The position numbers and the translations under genes were made by a program. Positions 14,201 through 26,300 of a stretch of DNA of 64,000 nucleotides are shown one piece after another. The notes under the pieces are model-generated. The model saw only the letters and a program-made list of their open reading frames with translations, had not been told where the DNA came from and searched no databases. Positions within the stretch are counted from its first letter, which is position 1. Each line of letters begins with the position of its first letter. This DNA comes from Phoronis australis. Its lineage: Eukaryota > Animalia > Phoronida. The stretch is from positions 1 to 64,000 of the forward strand of contig NMRA01000642.1 in the NCBI GenBank assembly GCA_002633005.1, read 5' to 3'.

Positions 14201-16142
14201 TATTTGGGAATTTGGTAAAACATTTGTCACAGTACAATGGCATTTTGTGGAACATTTGTCAGAGTTTAATACAACATTGTTGCGCCAAACCACTTAAAGT
14301 TTATTATTTTGTAAAAGGACTTGTATAACACGTTGTGGCAATTTAGATAGAGTGTGTGGAGTCACACCTGTCAAGATCTTGTCAAGAATTTGACAGAATT
14401 GAATGCATTCTTCCCAAAAAGAAATGGAAATTTTGTTCATGGACTCTTTCTTAAATTCCGGCGCCGTCTAGTTAAAGTATTAATATGTGCTTAGAGCTTT
14501 TTGCCATAAAAACATGTATGTCAAAATTGCTGACTTAAAGGTGTGTTTGCACGCTCCTAACTGTACTGACATTAAGTGGCTAATGCTTCTTTAACCTAAT
14601 CCAAAGTGCAGTTGTATCCATTGACAACTAATAAAAGTGCACAAAAAATTCTGCTAATAGGTGACCTTTGCACTAATGACTTACATGGCGGGCTCACACA
14701 GCCCGCATCATGCAGTGTTATTCCCCAGGACCACGTTACTTTTATTAATTGTTTATTTTAATGCAATACTTACAATGAGGATAGCCCCATCAGTTCGCGC
14801 TGCTTTCCATGGGGGCTGTCAGTAAAAACATACAAAGACAGTAAGACAAACTAACAGAATTACAAAATGAAAGACAGTATTTAAATAATACAATATTACT
14901 GGACACGGTTCAGTGATTTGCGGCTGATCATTTTGGCCTCAAAACTTGTCCATTTGGCAATTTTCAACCTATTTCATATTCACATCATCACTATATGTTG
15001 TGTTTCTAACTTATTTGGCCAAGCAATCACAGAGATAAGGAAATCAATTAGCCTGGAAGTTCCAGTTTAGGTCACTTTTTATGAAAAATATCGCTGGACT
15101 TTGTAAGCCTTGACTGTCGGTTATTTCGTGAGAGCATGCCCAGTGCCCAAGGTAATGTGTCAGCTAGTACCAACTTGTTCACTATGATTATTTTTAATCC
15201 GAGTAAGGGCCCAGTCTTAACCAAACTTGCTCTCAGAATGTCCAAGCCTGTCTTAACATAAAGCCTGGTTGGAGGTGAATGCAATTTTGGCCGAAAAGTT
15301 GCTGCGAACACATCATTGTACAGGGAGGTGTTACTTGTCTTGTACAACAATTTGTTGGTCCCCACTCATTTCTTGTCCCGTTTTTGAGACAGCACTGAGA
15401 ACTAAATTGGTGTGACAGGGGTTTTAGGATCAAGTTGTGCCCTGTTTTATAACTAAGCAGGTTTGTTTTATGGCAGAAGGTGTATCCTTAAACAGGTATT
15501 ATCCACTCATTTCAGTACTCCAAGCGGGAGATATATACCTTAACCAAGCAGGAGGTTGATCAGCATTACTTACCTAAGATTGCACGGTAAGTCATACCTG
15601 TCTGGTTTCTACTAAAACAGTACTACAGTAATAAATGCATGCACAAAGGTAAATTACATCTTTAGCCTTTTCCATTAATTTGAAAATGTGCTAAGTGTTG
15701 TGCAGCACACATGGCTCAAAACATTGCAGTGTTTGGCTCGTGGTGGACTTCCAGTTTTCCACCGTGACACAGTTATTGTTGGGTCATTATTGTGAATGCA
15801 CTCTTTCAAACCTGTGTTCTTGTATTCTATGCTTTTATAATAGTATATTTCAAAGTCAAGTGCTTTGCACACATGCGTGTCTGGCTGAAGGGTCTCCTTA
15901 AAGTTGTGAAAATGCCTAAAAGTGGAATGTTTTACTCATTCATATTCTTCTTGTTGCCAAATTTGTTTGAGTAAGCTTATTTTCAGATGACTTAATAGAA
16001 ATGTGTTTTATGAAACTCAAACCAGTAAATCTGACGCTAATTGTGGTGTATATTAGCACTACTGCTGTAATCAGGCTCACGGATGTTTCTGATATTTTAC
16101 AGGTTACGAGCCATTCTGCGCAGGCTCCAAATGCCACACTGA
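8213..16142 (+). CDS. Stand-alone Schlafen-like (AlbA_2/SLFN domain) protein, 7 coding exons, 265 aa
   Basis: Exons 8213-8391, 10224-10323, 11055-11203, 13217-13313, 13894-14055, 15516-15586 and 16103-16142 all have GT-AG boundaries with matching phases (798 nt). The translation carries the Schlafen/AlbA_2 motifs FEEDSTHEFKG (E-x4-E-F-K), AINAFLNTGKGGTVYLGIVDNG.VLG, YVIEITV and GNVYFRRQASV. An AG acceptor at 8201-8202 implies an upstream non-coding exon (possible donor GTAAGT near 3192, unverified). Confidence 0.85.
8878..9637. mobile_element. PIF/Harbinger-type MITE in the intron after the first coding exon of the Schlafen-like gene
   Basis: ~35-bp TIRs GGGCTGTTCCAGTAAAATCCGTGTGGGAGGGGGG / CCCCCCCTCTCATACAGATTTTGCTGGAACAGCCC, with a TAA duplication on both sides. 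Confidence 0.8.
11647..12646 (+). mobile_element. ~1-kb non-autonomous DNA element (CAGTGGCGGATC...AATCCGCCTATG) carrying an internal tRNA-like segment
   Basis: Imperfect TIRs; a highly similar inverted copy lies at ~16325-17699. No clean TSD seen. Confidence 0.7.
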
Positions 16143-16324
16143 CACATAGGTGGAGCTCATTTGTTGATGTTTTTGTTTCTGGTGTTTACTCATTTCCATG
16201 TTATTTTCTTAAGACTGGTATTTTTAAAAAAATAAACCTGATCAGTTTAAAGGGCTTGCAGTTTGTTTTACTACAGACTAGTTAAACGGGCTTTGTCGGT
16301 TTTACAGCTTTGTTCAGAGCTATN

Positions 16325-17458
16325 GGATTTGCCCCCCCCCCCCCCCTTGGCTGCTGCAAAAATCTAAAACAGCAAGAGCATAGGGAAATGTTGAGTTTAT
16401 TAATTAACCCCGGTAATTAAAATTATACCGACGAAACAAGATTTAAATGTGTGCAGTTTTGGTGTCTGGGGGGGCTGAGATCCAATTTCAAGTGTCAAAT
16501 TCAGAACACGGCGCATTCGTAACGCTAAGTAAAGGCTCTCCCGCAATATCCCAGTCGACCGGCAGTGGCGCTGCGCACTACGACTCCGTTTCCGTCGTCT
16601 GCTCCAAGAATGAAGGAAATTTTATTTAATTTTTTATACAAAATGGAACCTGAGTGACGATGAAAAAACAGAAGCTGCTGGTATGATGTGAATTTTAATC
16701 GAAACCTTAGTGAATCACTCGGAAACTCATAATTCTCTCTACGTCAAATCTTAACTTAAGACGATTTCCAAAGCAATCCCGTCATTATTGCCAACACGAA
16801 AAGCGGATTTGGTATTTTGAGCATTTGAAAACTATTTTAAATACAACTAATTTGTTAAGAACCGATTGCACTAAGTATAAAACGTGTAATAAGCATTACA
16901 AAAAGAAGTAGGTTTCGCGCGCAAACGCTGTGGACCATAAACGAGTAAGTCTAGTATCAGATTAGGAGTTAAATCGTGGTGGTGTAGTGGTAAAGCACGC
17001 GCGCGCTATCCGCCAGGTCGTGAGTTCGAGTCTCTTTTATTTACGGTTTTTCCTGTTTGACACGTTCTNNNNNNNNNNNNNNNNNNNNNNNNNNNNNNNN
17101 NNNNNNNNNNNNNNNNNNNNNNNNNNNNNNNNNNNNNNNNNNNNNNNNNNNNNNNNNNNNNNNNNNNNNNNNNNNNNNNNNNNNNNNNNNNNNNNNNNNN
17201 NNNNNNNNNNNNNNNNNNNNNNNNNNNNNNNNNNNNNNNNNNNNNNNNNNNNNNNNNNNNNNNNNNNNNNNNNNNNNNNNNNNNNNNNNNNNNNNNNNNN
17301 NNNNNNNNNNNNNNNNNNNNNNNNNNNNNNNNNNNNNNNNNNNNNNNNNNNNNNNNNNNNNNNNNNNNNNNNNNNNNNNNNNNNNNNNNNNNNNNNNNNN
17401 NNNNNNNNNNNNNNNNNNNNNNNNNNNNNNNNNNNNNNNNNNNNNNNNNNNNNNNNNN

Positions 17459-17507
<49 letters not shown>

Positions 17508-17699
17508 TATTTTTGCCTTTTTTTTTCTTGGATAAAACTTCAGGAATCAAGGAAAATGCTTGATTTTTAGAGGAAAAACAAAAATTTTCCTGACATCCCG
17601 CCATTCGGAGCTGAGCGCATCTACAATAGTGGTTTGCACAGATACTTACAGCCGGACAAAATGTTGGGCCCCCCTTGTGATATCCTAGATCCGCCACTG
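16325..17699 (-). mobile_element. Inverted second copy of the 11647-12646 element (contains N-gap 17069-17458 and a (TG)n tract)
   Basis: Reverse-complement match over most of its length; ends GATCCGCCACTG at 17699. A tRNA-like A box TGGTGTAGTGG (~16980) and B box GTTCGAGTC (~17024) lie inside. Confidence 0.75.
17462..17501. repeat. (TG)n microsatellite
   Basis: About 20 TG units next to an assembly gap. Confidence 0.95.
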
Positions 17700-18173
17700 T
17701 TATTTGTCTTTTTGGCAATTCTCACCCATTTTCAATGCCAGACGTTCGATGAAACCAAAATCGGTGACATTCGGTCAGTTAAATGGGCTAAAATATTATC
17801 CAGTGGGATTTAGTTAAAACTACGAGTAGAACTTTAAACTGCGCTTATCTCGGAAAATCCCTTTAAAGATACTCTTGACTTTGTTTGCCACCAGCTAAGA
17901 ACACAGAATTACAATAGTTACATTTCTCTTTTAGGTTAATAAATTTTTCCTTGGTCCCAGTAGAACTTTCTCTTCGATTGTAGGCTTCGTGCCTCGACAG
18001 CCCTGCCACCTTGTGATTCCACACGGATGAACCATTTTTCAGAACCGTGGTACGCTCCTGACTATCGACAAGAAGTTTTCGGTCCTTTCTGAGGGATCGT
18101 TGCATATCTGTTGAAAAGTCTGACAACTGAAGCCACTGATGACTTTCTCAACACCTCTACGATCTTCTTATAA

Positions 18174-20716
18174 GGTAGGTGTATACACTGATCAAATCTC
18201 CAGGTTCCTAACTAAAATGAGTAAAAAGGGAGTTTTAACTAGTTAGATATCACTCTGAAAGTGACAAAAATCGAAAAAAAAAGTTTTTTTTGTAGTTCGT
18301 TTTTTTAAAAAATCGTATTTTTTAATTTTCAAAAAATCCAATTTTACCTCGATTTTTTTTTCAAAATGCACAGGGATCATCATCAACTGTTTCCTTACGC
18401 AATATTCTACTTATCCATACCAAATACATGTACTAAATCATTATGATGTTGTTTTTGTGGCATTTTTTGTGTGTGAGTTGGGGCAAGCACACCACTTTTT
18501 GTCATTTGGTCACTTTCAGTCTAATAACTAAAAATCTGGTCCATTTATCAAAAAACCCTGGCACGCGATTTTACTTCAGTCCTAGAGGATTTCAANNNNN
18601 NNNNNNNNNNNNNNNNNNNNNNNNNNNNNNNNNNNNNNNNNNNNNNNNNNNNNNNNNNNNNNNNNNNNNNNNNNNNNNNNNNNNNNNNNNNNNNNNNNNN
18701 NNNNNNNNNNNNNNNNNNNNNNNNNNNNNNNNNNNNNNNNNNNNTGCCATTTGAGATCAAATTTCGTTCAGAATGCGCGGTCATTATGTTCCAATTTTTG
18801 TTGAAGTACTAGAAATAAAGCTGATACTTACTTCATGTTGAGAAAATGTGACATACCTGTTTGTTTACAGCGTAATTTTAATCTTTTTTTCGAAATTGTG
18901 ACGCACGAAAGACGACCAAAACAAGTATGGCTGTCACGTGGGCGGAGCTTAGCGTTGATCTATTGTCTGCTGTACTGGTGTGCCGACCACACATTAAAAC
19001 CATGTGTTGATTGTTTATACGATTCATCTGAACTCTCCACTCAGTATAGTAAAAGACACTCTATATGACACAGACCTATTTGTTAGTATTCCAATATTAT
19101 CATGAACCAATATATGTGTTATATCAAATCGCCGCGTTACTGTCTATTGGCGACGAGGGTAAAGAACAAGTTTCATAGTAATGGTTCAACATTTTTACGT
19201 GCCTGTACCGAATGGACTTTGGGGTAAGAAAATATCTCTTTCTGAGCGAATAGGTTGGCTTGGGTGAGATTCTCAAGTTACTAAAGTTTCTTATATTGCT
19301 TTCCTCTAGAATCGTATAATATCATGAATTTTAATTCAGGGTTACGTTTGAATCTAAGCACTAGAAAATTTTTGTTATGTTGAACACTGGGTCATTTCTC
19401 ATTGGGTTACGTCCAGTGGAAAGTAAAAAATCCTCTGGGTTTGACAGCCTAGTTTCTCCACGGCGAGTTCCCAGCTCAGAAGCACGGTTTATCTGCGAAG
19501 ACTCTACTCGGACGGCATTTAGTTGTCAATGTGTCGCGCGCGCGGCTTGTCTTCACAGTGCGTGCATGCACTCTCACCGAATCGTGCAACACCACCCACA
19601 TCGATGCTCAGCGTCCTCTCGCAAGACACCTTACCTCATATTACCGACTTCTCTTATACATGCACAATTTCTGCTCTGACTCCTCAAGCTGAGTGCAGTG
19701 ATGGCTTCGGTAGGACTTGGCGTACTTTGCAGATACGCAAACAGGCTCAGGCTCGGAACAGGAGCTACATGTAGTTCACCATTTCACTACGAACTTTCAC
19801 ATGGTCAAAAATAGAATTATTTTATTCTTGGTCTTGCTACAACACCAATATCAGCTGGTACAGCACTCTCGGTTGCCCGGTTACGCAATGCTTGTTGACA
19901 GGGTTAGATAGTCCTTTTGCGAGTTTATAACAATAACGCGAGATTACGTGAGACTTAACTGTTACGTCACGGGAAGTGGGGCAAAAGCTTGTCGTTTGGC
20001 TAATTTGCCCAATACGTTAGCAGAGTGTATTATGTTATTTTCTTCCACTTTTTGGCCGTTTAGTTCGAAAAATGCCAAACAAGCATTACTGTCATGGCAA
20101 ATGAAATTCAGATTCGCACTACAATACGTTCTATCGCGTTTTGTACTAATTTCGTTTCGTGTATTTTAAACGGACGATAGGCAAAATCCGTTCACTGATT
20201 AAGTTTTCAACTCGTCAAAAATAATTCTACATCTAAAATTATCACCTAACTTTATCCAGTGGTCCTTTCTGCTTCTAAACATATCTTCGATGAAGCATAG
20301 CTAAGGGAATTCAGGTGAAGAAGAATTCCAACTCCACATTGTGGTTACAATTAACTTAAACCGCGCGCGCGATAACCACAAAGTAGTTCAACTGGTCAGG
20401 TGAGTATGAGGCAAAGGCTAGCGCGAGACTGAGTGAAGCGCGAGACCTGCCGCGTGACACTTGCAAAAAACACGAGAACATATCAAGAGCTAGTGTCCTT
20501 GTATACAAGCTCCGCCGCAGTTGTCAATCACTGAGCTGGTGAGCACTCAAGCCATACGACTTACTGAGGCTTGGTCAAATATAGCTATAAATAAACTTTG
20601 GATTTTCAGAATGATTTTATTTTTCTTGAGTATATTGTGCATCAAGAATTAAAGATTAGGATGACATAAAAATGTAAAAAACAGTCAAAATTATTTTTTT
20701 TGTGTATCCACCTACC
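18174..20716. mobile_element. Kolobok-like non-autonomous DNA transposon (~2.5 kb)
   Basis: 15-bp TIRs GGTAGGTGTATACAC / GTGTATCCACCTACC (1 mismatch), flanked by ATAA on the left and TTAA on the right. A TTAA target with purine-purine TIR starts is the Kolobok signature. Part of the interior is repeated at 1-277. Confidence 0.65.
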
Positions 20717-21351
20717 TTAAAAGAATTGTTGTTTGGTGAATAAGATCCCCAAAAGCTGAAAAAAATAGTTAGATTTTACGTCATTTTATTAACGTATTGG
20801 TTCAGTGTAGTGCAAATTTTTATCCACGTGAACGTGATTATTTGAGTGACTTTGTCAAGTTTCCTCATGTATTCCAAGTTCACGCATACGCGATCTTGAG
20901 ATTAAGCAAGATGAGTTCACGCACAGCAGAATGACTTGCTACTTGGATGGCGAGAGAGCTATACAATGTACAACAAAAATAAGGGGATTTTTCTTACTTG
21001 GGGGCTGAGAAAGGGACACAAAGATGCAAGACTTCATACTTGAATAGCGATCGAGAGAGCGGCGCAAACATACATGTACGGGCCTGCAAGCTGAAAGCGG
21101 CGAGAAACTGGGTACGGTGTTCGCGAGGTGCAACTGTAAAATTCGGAAATCCATTCACTTTGAAAGCGCACCCGAAAAAAGATGGACTCGTAAGTTTGGA
21201 GCTCCGGTGAAATATTCACTTTCACTCCAGACTCAGCTCATCACGTGGTCTAAATTAGTAAATGTAAAGGAAGCCCCCTTTCTGACTCAAAAAGGGTTCA
21301 GTGACCAGTGTACAATTGTGAGAGATGCCACTGTAACAACACTTACTAGAC

Positions 21352-21507
21352 CAGTGGCGGATTGAGAGGGGGGCCAAGGTGGCCATGCCCCCTAAACATT
21401 TCCCATAGTCCATTTGGCAGTTCGGGAGGTGCCAATGTCTGTCGGGCAAAATCTTGGGTAATATTCTGGCCTGGCCCCCCTAACTCAAAATCCTGGATCC
21501 GCCCCTG
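21352..21507. mobile_element. ~155-bp GC-rich MITE (CAGTGGCGGAT...GGATCCGCCCCTG), related copies at ~56336-56491, ~63501-63640 and a fragment at ~57498-57564
   Basis: Shared core gggggccaagg...aaaatc.tgg.taata.tctg...tggccccctaactcaaaatcctggatccg.ccctg. Confidence 0.7.
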
Positions 21508-23334
21508 ATTAAATTGCAGCTATTTTCGATGTTTCAACAACGACAAAAAATGGCCGCATCTCGTTTGACCTTTTACCAGAAGACATGGGTGCTTAACCAT
21601 CCATCATCGGTCTCAACATTATGGATGTGCACTGGAAGGTAAAAAGGTCAATGTATGAATGATGCATTTCTGTTTTTTCTCTTGCGGAAAGACAAAAGCC
21701 TAGCCTTACAAATAACACTGTGTACGGAGCATAGTATAACAAATTAAGAAATTCTACGTTCTCGTGTTGGTACACATAATTGCCTTTTCCGCAGACAAGC
21801 TTACACTTACATGTACGTGCATATTTCATCCAGTAATCACCGTGTAATTAGAAGAGACTGATATTAAAGAGTCTCGGGAGATCTCAGTTTTTATCGAAAA
21901 TATATACAAAGCAGGCCATGATCAAGATCAAATCTCCATTTTTAGCACGGTCTTCGAATTCTTATCGAGATAGCTTACACGTGCATGCATGCACGCCTTT
22001 TTAATTTGAGAACAGCCATATACTACATTAAATAGTGACAGGAGAACCAAGGTTTTCCACCTCCAAAATTAGTTTGAAGCACTGCTTTCAATTTTTACTA
22101 TGAAGACTAAATGGCGCCATTTAGCGCTGTTTTAGGTCGAGGGTGATTTTCGTGTGTGTAGCACCTCATCCTATTTAGTTGGTTAATACGAAAATCGGAT
22201 GAGCCTTTTTGCTCTCATACAATCGATCTCATCAAATTCGTTATCGGGACAGGGATCTACTTCTATTACCATCAAGAACATTGATACCAGTAGCCACTGA
22301 AGAAAAAACTTCACAGATAATTGGGTGTGCGTAACCCTAAAATCGAGGACTTCAAAAGGTGCGCAGGGTTCCGATGATGTTAGTAAAAATTTGAGAGGCC
22401 AGTCTCAATTTCACGAAGTCTATCCCAGGTTCAGTATTCATACCATTAGTTAGGCCTCGATAAAAATAAAAAAGCCAGACTTTAATGAATTTAATGTCAC
22501 TTAAAGATTTCAAAATACTATTTTACTGTAACCTATTACCTGGGCATCAGCCGAGATACAGGGTATAAAATCAAAAGTTTATAGTTAATCTGAAAGTCTC
22601 TGCAACCAAACAAGCCCCCAATATTAACGTACTGATGGCAAAAATTCGTTTTCGCCCCACACTCCCTATTTTAATTGAAATCTGCACTTTGTTGCGGGGT
22701 TAATTAAGAGTGCAATGATAATATCGGCCTGCTTACCTAGTTTGGCGCCGCCCTAGTTCTCAGACGTGTATGGCTAGCCTCTTGCGCGCAGCCGGCTTCG
22801 TGCAAGCAGAAAATACCGTAAGGTTCCCGATTGTAATCAATTTTTTTATTTGCAGTCACGTGAGTCGACTGTAGCCTGATAGGTGTCATAACAGAACTGC
22901 GCACATTCTTAGGTGCACACACCAGGGCAGTGAGGTTATAATTGTGTTGCCCTTGCCCAACGGACACCAGCAATGAATTGAACGTGGGAAAATTATTGTA
23001 AGGGGGGCACCGTTATGTAATATTTTTGGGGGGGCTTGGCAAGATACATTACGTCATTTTGATGATCAATTCCGAGGCATCGGGGCCGTCTAGCAACCAG
23101 TAGACAATGTGTTTAGAGCATTTTACACAATAACCAACAGTTGAATATCATTGGGAGGGGAAACGACAGTGGACAGGCAGGAGTGATTGAGATTCATCAT
23201 GTACAGCTGTACAGTAACGTATAAGTGGCGGTCGGACTCTACGGACACTTCTCTATGTCCACGCCTGCGTAATGACCCTCACGTTGTTCCCTTTTAAATC
23301 TTACATGTGTATCCATGCAGTTTAGGCTATATCA

Positions 23335-26300
23335 ATGGAATTGCTTGTTTTACAGACACTTAAAGTGCCCCGGATATCAGAGACCGATACGACGGTCATT
23401 GGAAGCTTCTACGATGTAGTTGTCGTCGGTTCTGGCTACGGAAGCTCCATTGCTGCCTCACGTGCAGCGCGTGCGGGAAGATCTGTCTGTGTCTTGGAAC
23501 GAGGGAAAGAGTGGTTGCCGGGAAACTTTCCAGAGACTTTTTTGGATGCTTCCAGTGAAATGCAAATGAAAGTTGACGGGCACACGGTCTCTGGCAATGA
23601 CCTAGGTTAGTGCTGGTATTAACACTTTCGGTACTCAGAGCCCTGTGAGGCCATCAACGGGACAATGCATGTCATCCTAACAGGCAGCCAGTGACTAAGA
23701 GTCGTTTAGTGCTGGTTTAAGTCCGCCTTCTGCTATAAAACTCTTGTAAACTTTTTCGTTGCTCATATTACAGGTCCAGATCTCCGACTGTTTCGCATGT
23801 AGCCCCCCCCCCCAGTTGAATACTATTGCCTACGCAAGTGGTTTCAAATAATCACCTATTGTGATTCTTCTCAAGCTAAAATTAACTTCATTCTGACCAA
23901 GGAGCGAATTGGGACCAATTTTACCTCAACAAGGAAATATTCCAGGATTTTGAGGGTACATAATAAGAACAAAAACGACTGAATACCATTTTATAAAGGA
24001 CATTAATTTGCCAAAATTCAAAGTCTTTCCCGAAACCGAAAGTAGACGTCACACGAATTCAGCGCCATGTTATCCTGTGTATTGTTATTGCAAAATCGCT
24101 GGATTTAATAAAAAATAAGTTTCTTCAGTTGAATTGGGGGCTTTTAAATGTTTTTATTCATTGTCAGAACAAAATTATTCGCATATTGCACTCTTTAAGG
24201 CATTGCCGGTAATGTCTACCAGGTGTAGTATATGTAATTCTGACAGTTGAACGCAGTTACTCCACATGCGAAACATGCTACAATCTACCGTTTTTCATTC
24301 TATTCTGTCCAAAAGCAAATATATTGTAAGAAACAAAATGCTGAACTTGGTGATAGGGGTTTAAATCCATTGCATATACCTTTTTAACAATCGTTTCTTT
24401 CAAATATTTTATCAGTTGGTACATTATGTTTGCCATGCATTCATACAGAAAATGTGCAAGACTGTTCCTCCACGTCTTGTCAACAGAAAGAAGCCACCCG
24501 AAATCCCAAATTAGACTATTTAAAGGCGAATGCCACCCGATTTAATTAGTCTTTTTTGCTGTCTTAATCGGTCTATTTCCACATCGCCTCGCGTACGGTC
24601 GACCTTACCTTGCCAAGAGATGTCGCGGTAACCTGTGAGGAAGGTGAGAAACGACGCTAGCGACGTCAGTGGTTCATATGCATAGTGAATGCCGCTATGT
24701 TGCTGTGTATCGTTCCCGCTTGTCCGAACTAAGCAGCTGCGAGGAAAGCGAGTATATCGGTTTTCTTTACTTCCTCGAGAGTCCGAAATGCTTAGGAAGT
24801 GGCTCATGGTAGTGAAGAATGAAATGTACGCTGTAAATAGCAAGTATGACATCTCCGTGTCTGTGGCCTGCAGACAACGTCGACAGTGCCTCACGAATGC
24901 CGGCTTACCAAATAACTCCATACGTTCCGTTGTCTGAGCTTGTTCACGGCGCCTATTTAGTATTTCTTCATCATTGTATTCCCGTTTGAATTGATAGCAT
25001 GAAAGACTTAACGATCCAACTGCGACGTCGGGATTGATGAGCCGCTCTAGCTCGTCCTAAGTCGGGGTTGCGAGTTGCCATGTTGGCGTTTATTACTGAC
25101 CGTTCTGTTTCAAAATGAATTATTCTCACTCTAACCAATACTTATATAAAAGTGAAACAAAGTCTGTCTCATTAGATGTAATTTGAAATGCTTTTGGAGT
25201 GTTCGTNNNNNNNNNNNNNNNNNNNNNNNNNNNNNNNNNNNNNNNNNNNNNNNNNNNNNNNNNNNNNNNNNNNNNNNNNNNNNNNNNNNNNNNNNNNNNN
25301 NNNNNNNNNNNNNNNNNNNNNNNNNNNNNNNNNNNNNNNNNNNNNNNNNNNNNNNNNNNNNNNNNNNNNNNNNNNNNNNNNNNNNNNNNNNNNNNNNNNN
25401 NNNNNNNNNNNNNNNNNNNNNNNNNNNNNNNNNNNNNNNNNNNNNNNNNNNNNNNNNNNNNNNNNNNNNNNNNNNNNNNNNNNNNNNNNNNNNNNNNNNN
25501 NNNNNNNNNNNNNNNNNNNNNNNNNNNNNNNNNNNNNNNNNNNNNNNNNNNNNNNNNNNNNNNNNNNNNNNNNNNNNNNNNNNNNNNNNNNNNNNNNNNN
25601 NNNNNNNNNNNNNNNNNNNNNNNNNNNNNNNNNNNNNNNNNNNNNNNNNNNNNNNNNNNNNNNNNNNNNNNNNNNNNNNNNNNNNNNNNNNNNNNNNNNN
25701 NNNNNNNNNNNNNNNNNNNNNNNNNNNNNNNNNNNNNNNNNNNNNNNNNNNNNNNNNNNNNNNNNNNNNNNNNNNNNNNNNNNNNNNNNNNNNNNNNNNN
25801 NNNNNNNNNNNNNNNNNNNNNNNNNNNNNNNNNNNNNNNNNNNNNNNNNNNNNNNNNNNNNNNNNNNNNNNNNGTTGTGAGCGAGGACGTGACTGTTTTA
25901 AAGGGGTGTGGTCTTGGAGGAACGTCACTCATTAATGCCAGCGTCTGCATTGAAGCTGACGAGAGGGTCTTTCTAGACGAGGAATGGCCGCAAGATTTTA
26001 GGGACGATTTTGATGGGTTTAAAGCTGACATGGAGAGAGCAAAGACGATGTTACATCCCAACGTTTACCCGAAAGAAACTGCAAAATCAAGACAGCTGGG
26101 CAAAGTCGCACAATTCATCAAACGAAACGATGTTAAAGATATCGAAGATCTCGGAGATTACTTGGTGAACGCGAAGAAGAAATCGCTTTCTGACTTGCAC
26201 TACAAAACACCCATTGCAGTGACTACGGACTCCAGTAGTCGAGTGTCAAACCACGTGGGTGTGCCCCAACCGGCCTGTAATGGCTGCGGTAACTGCGTGA

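Noticed and set aside
19377-19911. Cys-rich short ORFs inside the Kolobok-like element as a KolX-type accessory gene
   Set aside because: Multiple stops in all frames and no motif I can match with confidence.
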